Origin: Scenedesmus sp. PABB004
Lineage: Eukaryota
Length of the DNA: 64,000 bases
Direction of reading: 5' to 3'
NCBI GenBank assembly: GCA_014905635.1
Contig: CM026547.1
Coordinates: 1,364,001 to 1,428,000 of the forward strand
This document shows positions 48,927 to 59,453 of the stretch, in pieces (the stretch's first letter is position 1; each line of letters starts with the position of its first letter). The notes under the pieces are model-generated. The model was not told the DNA's origin. It searched no databases and saw only the letters and a program-made list of their open reading frames with translations. The position numbers and the translations under genes are program-made.

Positions 48927-49859
48927 TCAGGGATTGACGCTGCGCTCCTCCCACTGCAAGGGAGCGTCGCTGCCGCCGCTGCTGCTGCTGCTGAACACAC
49001 GCCGCGTGTTGGCAAACAGGTCAACGTGGTCAACCTGCGGCCGGGCGCGCGCGCCGCGCGCTGGGCGCCGGCGCTGGCGTGCTGGCGCGCTGGCGCGCGC
49101 GCCCCGCCGCCGCGCCAGCCCGCGGGCGGCGCGCCCGCCGCGCTCGCCTGCTGCACGCGCACGATGCCGAGGCAAAAGTCTGGCGCCGCGTCGCCGGCGC
49201 CGTCAGGCGCCGGCAGGAGGAAGAGGGACTCGTCCATGGGCATGCGCGGCTGGCCGGGGTGCGGCCACACAAACTGCGACCGCCCTGCGCAGCGGCCGCC
49301 GGCCGCGCCGGCGGGCGGGCGGGGGTCGGGCCGGCGCGCCGCGCGGCGGCGCCCGCCGCCGCCGCGCCCGCGGCGCCGCCGGCGCCGCACCCGCGTCCGA
49401 CATGCGCGCCCACGCCTCCTGCCGCGCCGCCGCGAGCGCGGCGTCGGGCGCGTCGGCGGACACGATGTCCACCATGCCCGCGAGGCGGAACTGCTCCCGG
49501 CTGGTCGCAAAGTACCTGGCCAGACAGGGGGAGAGGAAGGGGCACGCTGAGCCCCCGCCGCGGCGGCCGCCGCGCGCCGCGCACCCGCGGCGCGGCGCGC
49601 ACCAGCACAGCTCGACCGCGCGGTTGGCGGCCACGTCGGCGATCTTGCTGCTGCGCCGGTCGGTCACGAACGTGAGGTGGTCGCTGGCGCCCAGGAAGCC
49701 CCTGAACACCACCGTGCGCACCGCGGGCCGGCCGTCGGGGCGCACGGTGCCGAGCTGCAGGTACTTGGCCGCCGGCGCCGCGTTCTGCGCGAGGCTCTTC
49801 TGCAGCAGCGCCTTCCAGGGCGCCGTCGAGGGCGCGCCCAGGAGCGGGTGCGCCGCCAT
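48927..49859 (-). CDS. Pyridoxamine 5'-phosphate oxidase-like FMN-binding protein (PPOX2/Alr4036 type)
   Basis: APWKALL, YLQLGTVRPDGRPAVRTVVFRGF, FVTDRRSSK, ELCW|YFATSREQFRLAG, RSQFVWPHPG, VDHVDL and WEERSVNP*. Confidence 0.88.
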
Positions 49860-50208
49860 GGGTCACGGCCAGGCCCAGGTGCGCGCACGGGCGGCGGCGG
49901 CAGCGGCGGCGGCAGCAGCGGCAGCAGCGCGCAGCGAGCGCCGCCAGCAGCGACGCGCGCGGTCGCTCGCGATCGCGGTCGGCTGTGTGGGTGTCGCGCG
50001 CGTCGCAGTCGCGTCGGGTCGGCGGCGTCGCACAGAAGCGCGGCGGTGCAGCGCCGCGGTGCAGTGCGAACGGGGAGCGCGCGAGCGCGTGGCGGCGCAG
50101 CTCCGCGCGGCCTGCCACACCGCCCCCGACGCCAGCCGCCCAGCCGACGCACGCCGCCCGCGCTGGCGCCGGCGCCCGAGCGACGCCGCCGCCGTTGTTG
50201 AGCGCGCG

Positions 50209-51777
50209 ATGGAGTGCGCCGTCCTGGCGGAGCGGCCGGCCCCGCAGCAGCTGGAGCAGCAGCAGCAGGTGCAGCAGCAACAGGCGCAGCAGCCAGGGCC
50301 GCAGCCAGCGGGCAACGCCTTTGAGGCCGAGCGCGAGCGCACGATTGCGCGGAACCGCGCGGTGCTGGCCGAGCTCGGCGTGCTGGCCGCCGCCGGCGAG
50401 CTGCACACCGCGGCGGGCGTGGCGCGCGGCGGCGGCGGCGGCGGCGGCGCGCGCGCCGCGCCGGGCAAGAAGAAGCGGGCGCCGCCGGCCGACGAGCCGC
50501 CCGCGCGCACGTCGCGGCGAATCCGCGGCCTCACCGTCGACGGCGCCGCGGCGCCGCCTGCGGCGCCCGTGGCGGCGGCACCGCCGCGCCCGCCGCCGTC
50601 GCGGGCGCCGGACGACGCGCGGGCGCCCAGGTTTGAGCTCACCGCGACGGCCTACGCGGCGCCCTTCACCCTCGGCTCGATCGGCACGACCGTGATATCC
50701 CTTGGCGCGCTGCACCGCGGGCCGTGGCCGCACCTGTGGTGGAGCTCGCGCGGCTGCCTGTTCCGGCACGCCTATCCGCTCGGCTTCCGCGCCTCCAAGG
50801 TCGCGTTCGGCCGGGTCTGGCAGATGGCCATCACCGCCGACGAGGCCGGCGGGCCCGTCTTCACGGTGCGCCCGCCGCCCGCCGCCGCCTGCCCTGCGGG
50901 CCGCCTGCCCGGGCGGGCGCGCGGCGCGGGCGGCGGCCGCGCCCGCCGCGAGCCGACGCGCCCGCTCGGCCGGCGCCGCGGCCGCAGGTGTGGGACGAGG
51001 CGCGCGGGCTCAGCTTCAGCGGGCCGACGCCGACGCGGCCCTGGACCGACGTCTGCCTCCACCAGCGCACGGGGCAGCGCATCTCGGGTGAGGCGGCGGG
51101 CGCGCGGCGCGCGCGAGGACGGGCCGCCGCCGGGTGGCGGCGCGCCTCGCGCGCCGCTGGGCGGGTCACGCCCCCGCTGACCGCGCCGTCTCGCCCTCGC
51201 CTGCCCGCGGCCAGGCCCGCAGTACTTTGGGTTCAGCGACCTCCACCTGCAGCGCGCCATCGCGGCGCTCTACACGCCGGCGGAGCTCGCGTACGCGCAG
51301 TGGGGCACGCCGCTGCCCTGGGCCGCGAGCGACGGCGGCGGCGGCGTGGCGCGGGCGCCACTGCTGCCGTTGGCGGCGCCGGCGGCGGCCGCGGCCGCCG
51401 GGGCGGAGCAGCAGCCGGCCGCGCCGCTCTCGGCGGAGGAGGCGTTTGCGCGGGAGCTGCGGGGCCTGAGCGGCATCGGGCAGGCGACCAGCCGGGTGCT
51501 GGCGCTGACGACCGCGCTTGGCGGCGCGCGGCACGGCAGCCTGGCGGGGCTGCGCTGCTGGCTGGCGGCGGACGCGGCGCACGTGGAGCAGCTGCGCGCC
51601 TTCTTGCTGCGCAGCCCCGAGATGCCGGTCGGCAGCCGCAACCTGCCGGCGTGGGAGGCCAAGTGGGTGCCGCTGATCCTGGCGCACCTGACCACCGGGC
51701 CCGGCGCGGCAGCAGGCGACGGCGGCGGCGGCGGGGCGGCGGACGGGCCCGACGCGGCGCGCGCGGCCGCGTGTTAA
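50209..51777 (+). CDS. FYRN/FYRC (F/Y-rich) domain nuclear protein
   Basis: FEAERERTIARNRAVLAELG (a YE..R..NI..N-type motif), TVISLGAL, AYPLGFRASK, GPVFT-V, FSGPTPTRPW and ISG|PQYFGFSD. Confidence 0.75.
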
Positions 51778-51826
51778 CGCCCGCGTGGTGCCCCCTGACC
51801 CGCGCCGGCCGGCCGCGCACAGCTGC

Positions 51827-52714
51827 TCACAGCCGCAGCGCGCGCGCGCCGCCGGCCAGGCCCGCCAGCGCCGGCGCGCCCAGCCAGCCCTGCTTGGGCG
51901 GCGCAAAGGCCGTCGCGGTCGCGTGCGCCGCGCGGCAGTGCAGCAGCAGCAGGCAGGCGCGCTGCGCGTACCACACGGCCGCAAAGCCCGGCTGGCGCCA
52001 GTAGTCAAGGTATGGCACTTGCCGCCAGACGAGCGCCTGCGCCCCCGAGCCGCGGCGGCGTCAGGCGCGGCGCGGCGACACCGGCGCGGGGGCGCGGAGG
52101 CGCTGCCAGCGCGGCCGCACCAGGCGCAGCGCGCCGACGCCGCCGACGAGGGCGAGGGCGAGCGCGGCGAGGGCGTAGAGCGCGGCGTGCTGGCGCAGGT
52201 AGCGGTCCCACATGCCCAGCTTCACCCAGGGGCTGAGGCTGGTGCTGAGCAGAAAAAAGGCGAGCACGATGGACAGCAGCAGGAACAGCTGCAGCCTGTG
52301 TGTTGCTGCGGGCGTGAGGGCTCGGCGGGGCGCGCGCGGCGCCGCGCGCCTGCGCGCGGCGCGCGCCCGAGCGCCCGCGCGCGGCGGCAGTCACCCCAGC
52401 AGCAGGATGTGGGTGAGCGCCTCCGTGGTCTGCAGGGGGTCGGTGAACGCTGTGACGAGGATGTGCGCCACGAGCGACGCGTAGACCACCGCCACCTGCG
52501 CGACGGCGGCCCGCGACACGCCGCCGGGCCCCACCGGCAGCGGCGGCCGCTCCAGGTCCGTCTGGTCGACCGCCGCGCCAACATGCCCGCCGCCTGCCGC
52601 GCCAGCCGCCGCGCGCGCGGGCTGCTGCGCCTGCTGCTGCTGCTCGCGCCGCGCCAGCGCGGCAGGCCCGTCCGGCGGCGGCGCCGCGCTCCAGCCCGCC
52701 GCCGGCGTGGCCAT
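51827..52714 (-). CDS. TMEM138-like ciliary multi-pass membrane protein
   Basis: Spliced product has 4-5 hydrophobic helices: AHILVTAFTDPL...LLLG-LQLFLL...PWVKLGMWDRYL...YWRQPGFAAVWYAQR. This parallels TMEM138 as I recall it (DLFVNSFSELL...FQAGL...WTDGL..FVFQR). Confidence 0.6.
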
Positions 52715-53092
52715 TTGCCGGGCCACTGGTGCTGCTATGAGTGCTGCCGGCGGGCGGGTGCCGCCGCGCGTGGGACGGCGCGCGGGACGGTGGTGCCGCC
52801 AGCAGCTCGACGGGCGGCGCGTGCGGCGCGCGCTGACCGCGCTTGACCCTCCCGCGTGGGGCGGCGCCGGCTGCTGCTGCAGCGGCGGAGGCGAGAGCGT
52901 GGGCAGCTGGGACGGACGCGGGAGCGGCGCGGGGCAGGGCCCGCGGCAACTGAGCGGGCGCGGCGCGGCGTCGGGCGTCACATGCCGGCGGCGACCTGCT
53001 CGCACCCCGGCGCAGCCCCGGGCGCGCCCGGCGCGTGCCGTCTCGCACAAGGCCGACCCGGCCGCGGCCAGGCGACCGCGCAGGGCCCACGC
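52601..53092. repeat. Copy A of ~490-bp direct repeat (upstream region + ATG + first ~38 codons)
   Basis: Near-identical to 62693-63186. Both copies contain GTGGCCATTTGCCGGGCCACTGGTGCTGCTATGAGTGCTG. Confidence 0.95.
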
Positions 53093-53201
53093 GCCGCTCG
53101 GCGACTGGTGCCGCTGACTGCTCCGCCACCGCGCGGGGCTGAGGCTCTGCGTCTCCGCACGCGGTGCCATCGGTTCAACCGTCCCAACGTGGCCACCCCC
53201 G

Positions 53202-54455
53202 TCACAACGTCCCGCCGGCTAGGCCCCCGCCGCTGCCGCTGCTCCGTCCTGGTCCGGCACCGCCGCCGCTGCTCAACAGTCCGCCGCCATCCCCGCCGCC
53301 GCCGCCGCTGCTGCTCGCCAGGCCGCCGACGCCGCCGCCGCCGCAGTCGCTGTAGGTCAGGTTGACCGCGATCTCGGGCTGCTGCTTCCACGTGCCGAAG
53401 AACTGGTGGCAGATGTAGGCCTCCGGCCGCACGCGTGCCTTGACCTGGTCGCAGGTCATGTTGAAGTCGATCGTCTCCCAGCCCATGCCCAGCACAAACT
53501 TGGGCATCGCGCGCACGCTGCCGAAGCGGATGCCGCCGAGCTCGTCGGCGCGCGTCGAGTTGAGCGGCCAGCGCGCGCCGACGCGCGCCGCGTACTGCCG
53601 CAGCGCCTCAGTGAACGCACCCGGCCCGGTGCGCGCGAGCACGCCCGAGTCGTGCCCCAGCCCGCTCGCGCTCACGCCGCGGCCGCGCAGGAAGGCGGCC
53701 GCAACGTTGGCCGCGATCGTGAGCGGCATCGCGCCGAGCACGGGGTGCCCCGGCATCGCGGCGATGACAAACTGGTTGAACTCCTGCACGATGCCCCACG
53801 CCGTGCGCTTCGCGATGCCCACGAGCAGCGCCGCGTCGTGGCCGTGGTCCGCGTTCCAGGTGTCGATGGGCTGCATGCACTTGACGTCGCTGTCGGCGTA
53901 CACGCCGCCGAGGCGCGAGAGCGCGAGGTAGCGCCACGTGTCGGCGCGCTCGACGTTGGTCGGCAGCGCGCGGTAGAGGTCGAGCAGCTGCGGGAAGTGC
54001 TCCGCGACAAAGGCCTCGCGGTCGGCGGCGTCGTAGAGGCGGTGCACGTAGCCGGGGTTCTGGTCGACCCAGGTCTGCACGCTCTCCCGCACCTGGCACG
54101 ACATCGACGCCCGGTCCTCGACCGTCTGGTGGATGAGCCGCGGGAACGCGTACGGCGGCGCGTAGCCCGGCACGTCGGCGTGCACGCGGCGCCCGGCACC
54201 GCCGCCGCCGACGGCGTCCACGGAGAAGCCCGGCAGGCGCTCGCCGCCGGCCGCGGCAGCGGCGGCGCCCGCGGCGCCGGCGGCGCCGCCGCTGCACGCG
54301 CTGCTGCGCACGAAGCTGCCGCTGCCCCACAGCAACAGCGCCGCCAGCACCAGGCAGACCACCCTGAGCGTGAGCAGGCCCGCCACGGCCTCGCCCGCCT
54401 GCTGGCGGAGCCGCTCCAGCCGCGCCGCCAGCTTGGCCTGGCTGGCCGCTCCCAT
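53202..54455 (-). CDS. GT32 (Och1-like) glycosyltransferase, type II membrane, apparently intronless
   Basis: TM segment VVCLVLAALLLW, FPRLIHQT, LYDAADR, VERADTWRYLALSRLGGVYADSD, QFVIAAMPGHP, RTGPGAFT and HQFFGTWK in one ORF. Confidence 0.9.
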   Translation of the reverse strand: MGAASQAKLAARLERLRQQAGEAVAGLLTLRVVCLVLAALLLWGSGSFVRSSACSGGAAGAAGAAAAAAGGERLPGFSVDAVGGGGAGRRVHADVPGYAPPYAFPRLIHQTVEDRASMSCQVRESVQTWVDQNPGYVHRLYDAADREAFVAEHFPQLLDLYRALPTNVERADTWRYLALSRLGGVYADSDVKCMQPIDTWNADHGHDAALLVGIAKRTAWGIVQEFNQFVIAAMPGHPVLGAMPLTIAANVAAAFLRGRGVSASGLGHDSGVLARTGPGAFTEALRQYAARVGARWPLNSTRADELGGIRFGSVRAMPKFVLGMGWETIDFNMTCDQVKARVRPEAYICHQFFGTWKQQPEIAVNLTYSDCGGGGVGGLASSSGGGGGDGGGLLSSGGGAGPGRSSGSGGGLAGGTL

Positions 54456-54864
54456 GGCCGCTGACGCCCCGAGCGCAGGCCTCAACGGTTCAGCGCTACG
54501 TCCATTGCCGCCTCCGCGCGCGGCAGGGCCCGCAGCGCGCCGGGCTCGCGCGGGCAGGGAAAACGGTTTGCGAGCAGTCCGGTCGCGGGCTGCGGGGGCT
54601 GCGAGAGCTGCCGGCTGGCTGGTGGTGCGCACGGAAACGGCCTGAGTGAGCTTCACGCCGGCGGGCACGAGCTGCACGGCCGCAGGCGGCGAAGCAGGGG
54701 CGAGAGCTGCACGGTGGCTGCTGCCGTGGGCTGGCGAGGGAGCGCGGGTCTCGAGGCGGCTGGCCCACCGCTGGCGCTGTTCGAGAGGCTACGCACACGA
54801 GCTGCAGCTGCGACGCGTCGCGCGGTTCAGGCCGCCGCCGCCGTTGCACGCGCGCCGCCGCTTG

Positions 54865-57230
54865 TCACGCCGCCGGCCGCTGCTGCTGCCGCGCCGGCTT
54901 GCGCAGCACCAGGATGGGCCGGTCAAAGCCCTGCGCCGGCGCCGCGTCGACGCCGGGCGCCTGCGAGAGCACGCTGAGCTCGACGAGCAGCTCAAAGCCC
55001 ACGCGGCGCGTGAGGAAGTCGGCAAAGCCGTCGGGGTGCAGCTTGAGCGCGTCGAGGCGCACAAACGGCGCGAGCGCGTTGCCGTGCTTGTGCACCGCTG
55101 CGCGGTAGCTCTTCCACGGCTGCGGCTCGAGCACGAGCAGCCCGCCCGGCGCGAGCACCCTGCGCGGCGGCGCGGCGGCGGCGGCGGCGGCGGCGTCAGG
55201 CGCGCTGGCGCCGCCGCGGCCGCCGCCGCGCGCGCGGCGTGGCGCCGCCGGCCCCAGGCGCGCGCGCGTGTGGCGGCGGCGCGCGCCTGAAGAACTTGTG
55301 GAAGAGGCGCATGAGTCCGTCGTCGCCCCAGTTGAGGTGCACCCACTTTGTGACGCTGAAGCAGGTGACCACCTCGTAGCGGTCGCTGCGGCTGGGCAGC
55401 TCGAGCCAGTTGCCGTGCTCAAAGCTCGCGTGCGCGAGCGCGCGGCTGCTCGCCGCGAGCTCCACCGTGCGCGCGTGCAGCGCGCGCCAGTCGCCGCGCT
55501 GCTGCGCGGCCGGCGGCGCCTGCTGCTGCCCCTCATGCTGCCTCTCCTGCTGCTCCTGCTGCTGCTCCTGCTGCGGCTGCTGCTGGGACAGCTGCTGCTG
55601 CTGAGGCGCCGCCTGCTGCGCCGGCGCCTGCTGCTGCCGCTCCTGCGGCTCGTGGCAGTCCCCGGCCACCAGCTCCAGCGGCGCGCCCGGCCGCCGCCCG
55701 AACGAGTGCGCCGGCTGGCAGGCGTCCCTGCGGGAGCGGCGTCGCGGCAGCGCGTCGGCGGCGACGCGCCCCGACCGCGCCCCGACCGCGCCCCCTCGCC
55801 CCGCACGCGCGCGCCGCCTCGTGCCGCACCGCGCCGCCGCCGCGGCGCGCAGCTCAGCGGTGAGCTCCGTGCGGCAGCGCGCCAGGTTGGCGCACGCCTT
55901 GGCCACGAGCACGGGGTCGATGTCGACGCCCACGATGCTGCGCGTGCCAAAGCCCATCGCGAGTGAGAGCGTGACAAAGCCCTCGTTGCACCCCACGTCC
56001 AGCACGTCGGCGCCCTTGAACCACGCCGGGTCCAGCACCTGCGCACGCGGGTGGCCGGCGGGCTGGGCGCCGCACCGCGCCGGGGGCGCCGCCGCCGCCG
56101 CCCCCGCTGGCGCCGCGGCCCCCCGCCCTCCCCCCGCGCCGCCCCGCGGGCACGCCTGCAGGCGGGGGTCGTCGAGCGTGTGTGGCGCGAGGCGGTAGCC
56201 GTAGTACTTGTGGTAGTTGCCCCACACGTAGCGGCGCTTGCGGCGCTGCGCCGCGCCCGGCCCGCGCTCGGCGTCCGCGGGGCCGCTGCCCGCGGCGCCC
56301 GCGCCGCCCCCCGCGCCCGCGCCGCCCGGCGGCGGCAGCAGCGCGACGCTGCTGCTGCTGACGCCGGCGTCGGTGCTCGCGCTGCTGAGGCCGGCCAGCG
56401 CGACGAGCGCGCCGGAGAGGTCCGCGCGGCAGGGGCCGCCGCGCGCGCCGGCCGCCGCCGGCGGCGGCATGGCGCCCGCGCCGCGGCTGTCGCAGCTGCA
56501 GTCTCGGCTGCCGGCGGGCGCAGAGGGCGCCGCCGCCGCCAGCCCGGGCGCTGCCTGCTCCGCCGGCCCCGGCCCCGGCTCCCGCGCGGCCGGCGGCGGC
56601 TGCTGCAGCGCGAGCACCACGCCGGACAGGTCGCTGCCCTGCTGCTGCGCCGCGGCGCGCGGGTCGGCCGCGGGCCGGCCGCGCGGCTGCAGCGGCCTCA
56701 CCCGCCCCGCCAGTGCGCCGGGCTGCTTGCGCCGCTTGCCGCCCCGCGGCTGCGCCGGCGCGCCGCCGGCGGCGCCCGCGCCGCCCTCGCCGCTCTGCGC
56801 CGCGCCGCTCGCGGCGCCGGCGTCGGCGTGGCTGCCCGACAGCGTGCTGCTGCTGGGCTCCTCGTCCGCCGCGCAGGGGCGGCCGGGCGACGGCGCGACC
56901 GAGGCCTCGCGCGCGTCGTCGCCGCCGCAGCGCGCCCGCTTCGCCGCGGGCTGGCAGCCGTCCGCCATCCCCGCCGCCTCCACCTGCGCGCACGGGCGGG
57001 CGCGGCGCGAGCTGGGCGCGGCGCGGCCGGCGGCGGCGGCGGCGGCGGGAGCAGCAGCGGCCGCCGCCGCTGCTGCCGCGCGCCGACGGCACGTCGGCGG
57101 CGCCCCGCACCTGCGCGACCAGCTTGGCCCGCTTCTTGCGCAGCTTCTTGAGCTGGTTGGGCGTCAGGCTGGCGCGCTGCTCGGCGTCCAGGCGCTCTCG
57201 AACGGCTGCGAGCGCGGCCGCCGGCTCCAT
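54865..57230 (-). CDS. Bin3/MePCE-family RNA methylphosphate-capping methyltransferase
   Basis: [13 protein letters not shown]...[13 protein letters not shown] (SAM motif I), [37 protein letters not shown] and GFDRPI. Confidence 0.9.
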
Positions 57231-57547
57231 GGCGCGGCCGGGGCGCGCGGCGACCACTCCGCGCGGCGAGTGACGGCCCTGGCACGCCGGGGCGGCATGG
57301 CGTGCGCGGCCCAGGGCACACGCGCGCGGGACCGCCGGCCCAGCTCCTCCGAGGCCGCTGCACTTCTCTCCCGCTTGCGTCGGCAGGCTTACGCGCCTGC
57401 ACGATCATCACCGCCGCGCCCAGGCAACGCTCGCGACGGCCGCGTGCGCCCCAGGCCGGGAGCAGCAGCGCATCCCGCTCGTCCGGCGCACACAGGCCCC
57501 CGCGGCGCGCGTCCACCCGCCAGAGCCGTGCGGCGGGGGGTCCCCCG

Positions 57548-58795
57548 ATGGTGCGGCGCGCGCCGCCGCGCGGCGTCGCGCGGGGGCGCCGCAGGCGCGC
57601 TGCGAGCTGCTCAGCGCGCCCACGCCGCGCGCCCCGCAGTCGCCGGACGAGTGGTACAAGTCGGTGAGCCGCGGCGGGAGGCGCCGGCGCTGGGGATCGC
57701 GGCCGCGGGGCGCGGCGCGGCGCGCGGCGCGCCGCCGAGCGCCGCTGCTCTGCTGTCCTGCTGTCCTGCTGTCCGCTGGCGCCGCCGCGCAGCTGCCGAT
57801 CATCACGCGCTACTATGTCACGCTCTCCTTCCTCACAACAGCGGCGTGCGCGCTGGAGGTGCGGCGGCAGCAGCGGCGGCAGCAGCGGCGGCAGCGCGCG
57901 GGCGACCGGGCGCCGCTCGCAGCGCGGCCCGCCCGCCCGCCCACGCCGCGCCCGCCGCGCCGCAGATAATCACGCCCTTCAACGTGTACTTCAACGCGCA
58001 GCTCATCTTCAAGAAGGGCGAGGTGTGGCGGCTCGTGACCAACTTTTTCTTCTTCGGCAACCTCGGTGCGCGCGAGGCGGCAGCGGCAGCAGCAGCACAG
58101 CGGCCGTGGCACCGCGCCGCGGCCGCACGCCGGCTGCGCGAGCCGCCGCCGCAGCAGCGCTGCGACGTGCGCTGGCGTCGCCGTCGCAGGGCTTGACTTT
58201 GTGTTCCACATGTTCTTCCTCGTAAAGTACTGCAAGTCGCTGGAGGAGGGTGCGCGCCCCCGCCCGCGCCGCCCGCCCGCGCCGCCCCGCCCGCGCCGCC
58301 CCGCCCGCGCCGCCCTGCCCGCGCCGCCCCGCCCGTGCCGCCCGCCCGCGCCGCCCGCCGCGCCGCCCCGCCCGCGCCGCCCCGCCCGCGCCGCCCCGCC
58401 CGCGCCGCCGGCCCCCCGCCCGCGCCGCCAGCCCCCCGCCTGGCGGCGCCAGCCACGCCCACGCCCGCGCCGCGCCGCGCCGCGCCGCGCGCGCCGCGCC
58501 GCGCGCGCAGGCTCCTTCCGCGGCCGCAGCGCCGACTTCCTGTGGATGCTGCTCTTCGGCGGCGCGCTGCTCACGAGCCTCGCGCCGTTTGTGGCGATCG
58601 AGTTCCTCGGCAGCAGCCTGACGTTCATGATGGTCTACGTGTGGGGCCGGCGGCACCAGTACGTAAACCTCAGCTTCCTCGGCATCTTCAACTTCACCGC
58701 CCCCTACCTGCCCTGGGTGCTGCTCGCGTTCAGCGTCATGCTCGGCTCGAGCCCCAAGGTCGACCTGCTCGGCATGGTCGCGGGTGCGCACCGCG

Positions 58796-58833
<38 letters not shown>

Positions 58834-59279
58834 GCCCGTCCCTCCAAGCAGACGGCCAAACGGCCTGAACCAGCCACGCCGCCCAGCCACCAAGCCAAAC
58901 CACAAGAAAAACCACCCCGCCCCCGCCCGTGCGGCCAGGCCACGCGTACTACTTCCTGGAGGACGTCTACCCCCGCATGACCGCGCGGCGGCCGCTCAAG
59001 ACGCCCGGCCTCGTCGCGGCGCTCTTCCCCGTCGACGAGCCGCTGCGGCCGCCGCCCGACGGCGGCCCGCTGCTGCGCTACGCGCCAGACGAGCTGCAGC
59101 AGCAGCTCGGCGGCGGCGGCGAGGGCGGCGAGGGCGAGGGCGGCGAGGGAGCGGGCGGCGCGGGCGAGGGCGGCGCGGGCGGCGCGGGCGCGGGGCCGGA
59201 GCGCGGCGCAGGCGGCGCGGCGGCGGCGCAGGAAGCAGTCGCGGCGGGCGGCGGCGACGGCCGGCCGCACGCGGACTGA
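57548..59279 (+). CDS. Derlin-2-like ERAD membrane protein
   Basis: [73 protein letters not shown] and [12 protein letters not shown]. Confidence 0.93.
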
Positions 59280-59453
59280 GGGGGGGCATGGGGAGGGGGC
59301 ATGCTGTACAGCAGCAGCGCGTGAGAACTGCTGACCACTGACGGGAGCGACTGACGCGTGAGGCGTGTGAGGCGTGTGCGAGGGCCGTGCATCGTTGACG
59401 CACTGCGCGGCGCATACGACGCCAGCTGTGGCCGACCAACGCTGCCGTGCCCG

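Noticed and set aside
58255..58505. GC-rich degenerate repeats in introns (also ~20690-20820, 37500-37560, 42674-42725, 43580-43680)
   Set aside because: Ordinary slippage-derived low-complexity sequence with no evidence of function.
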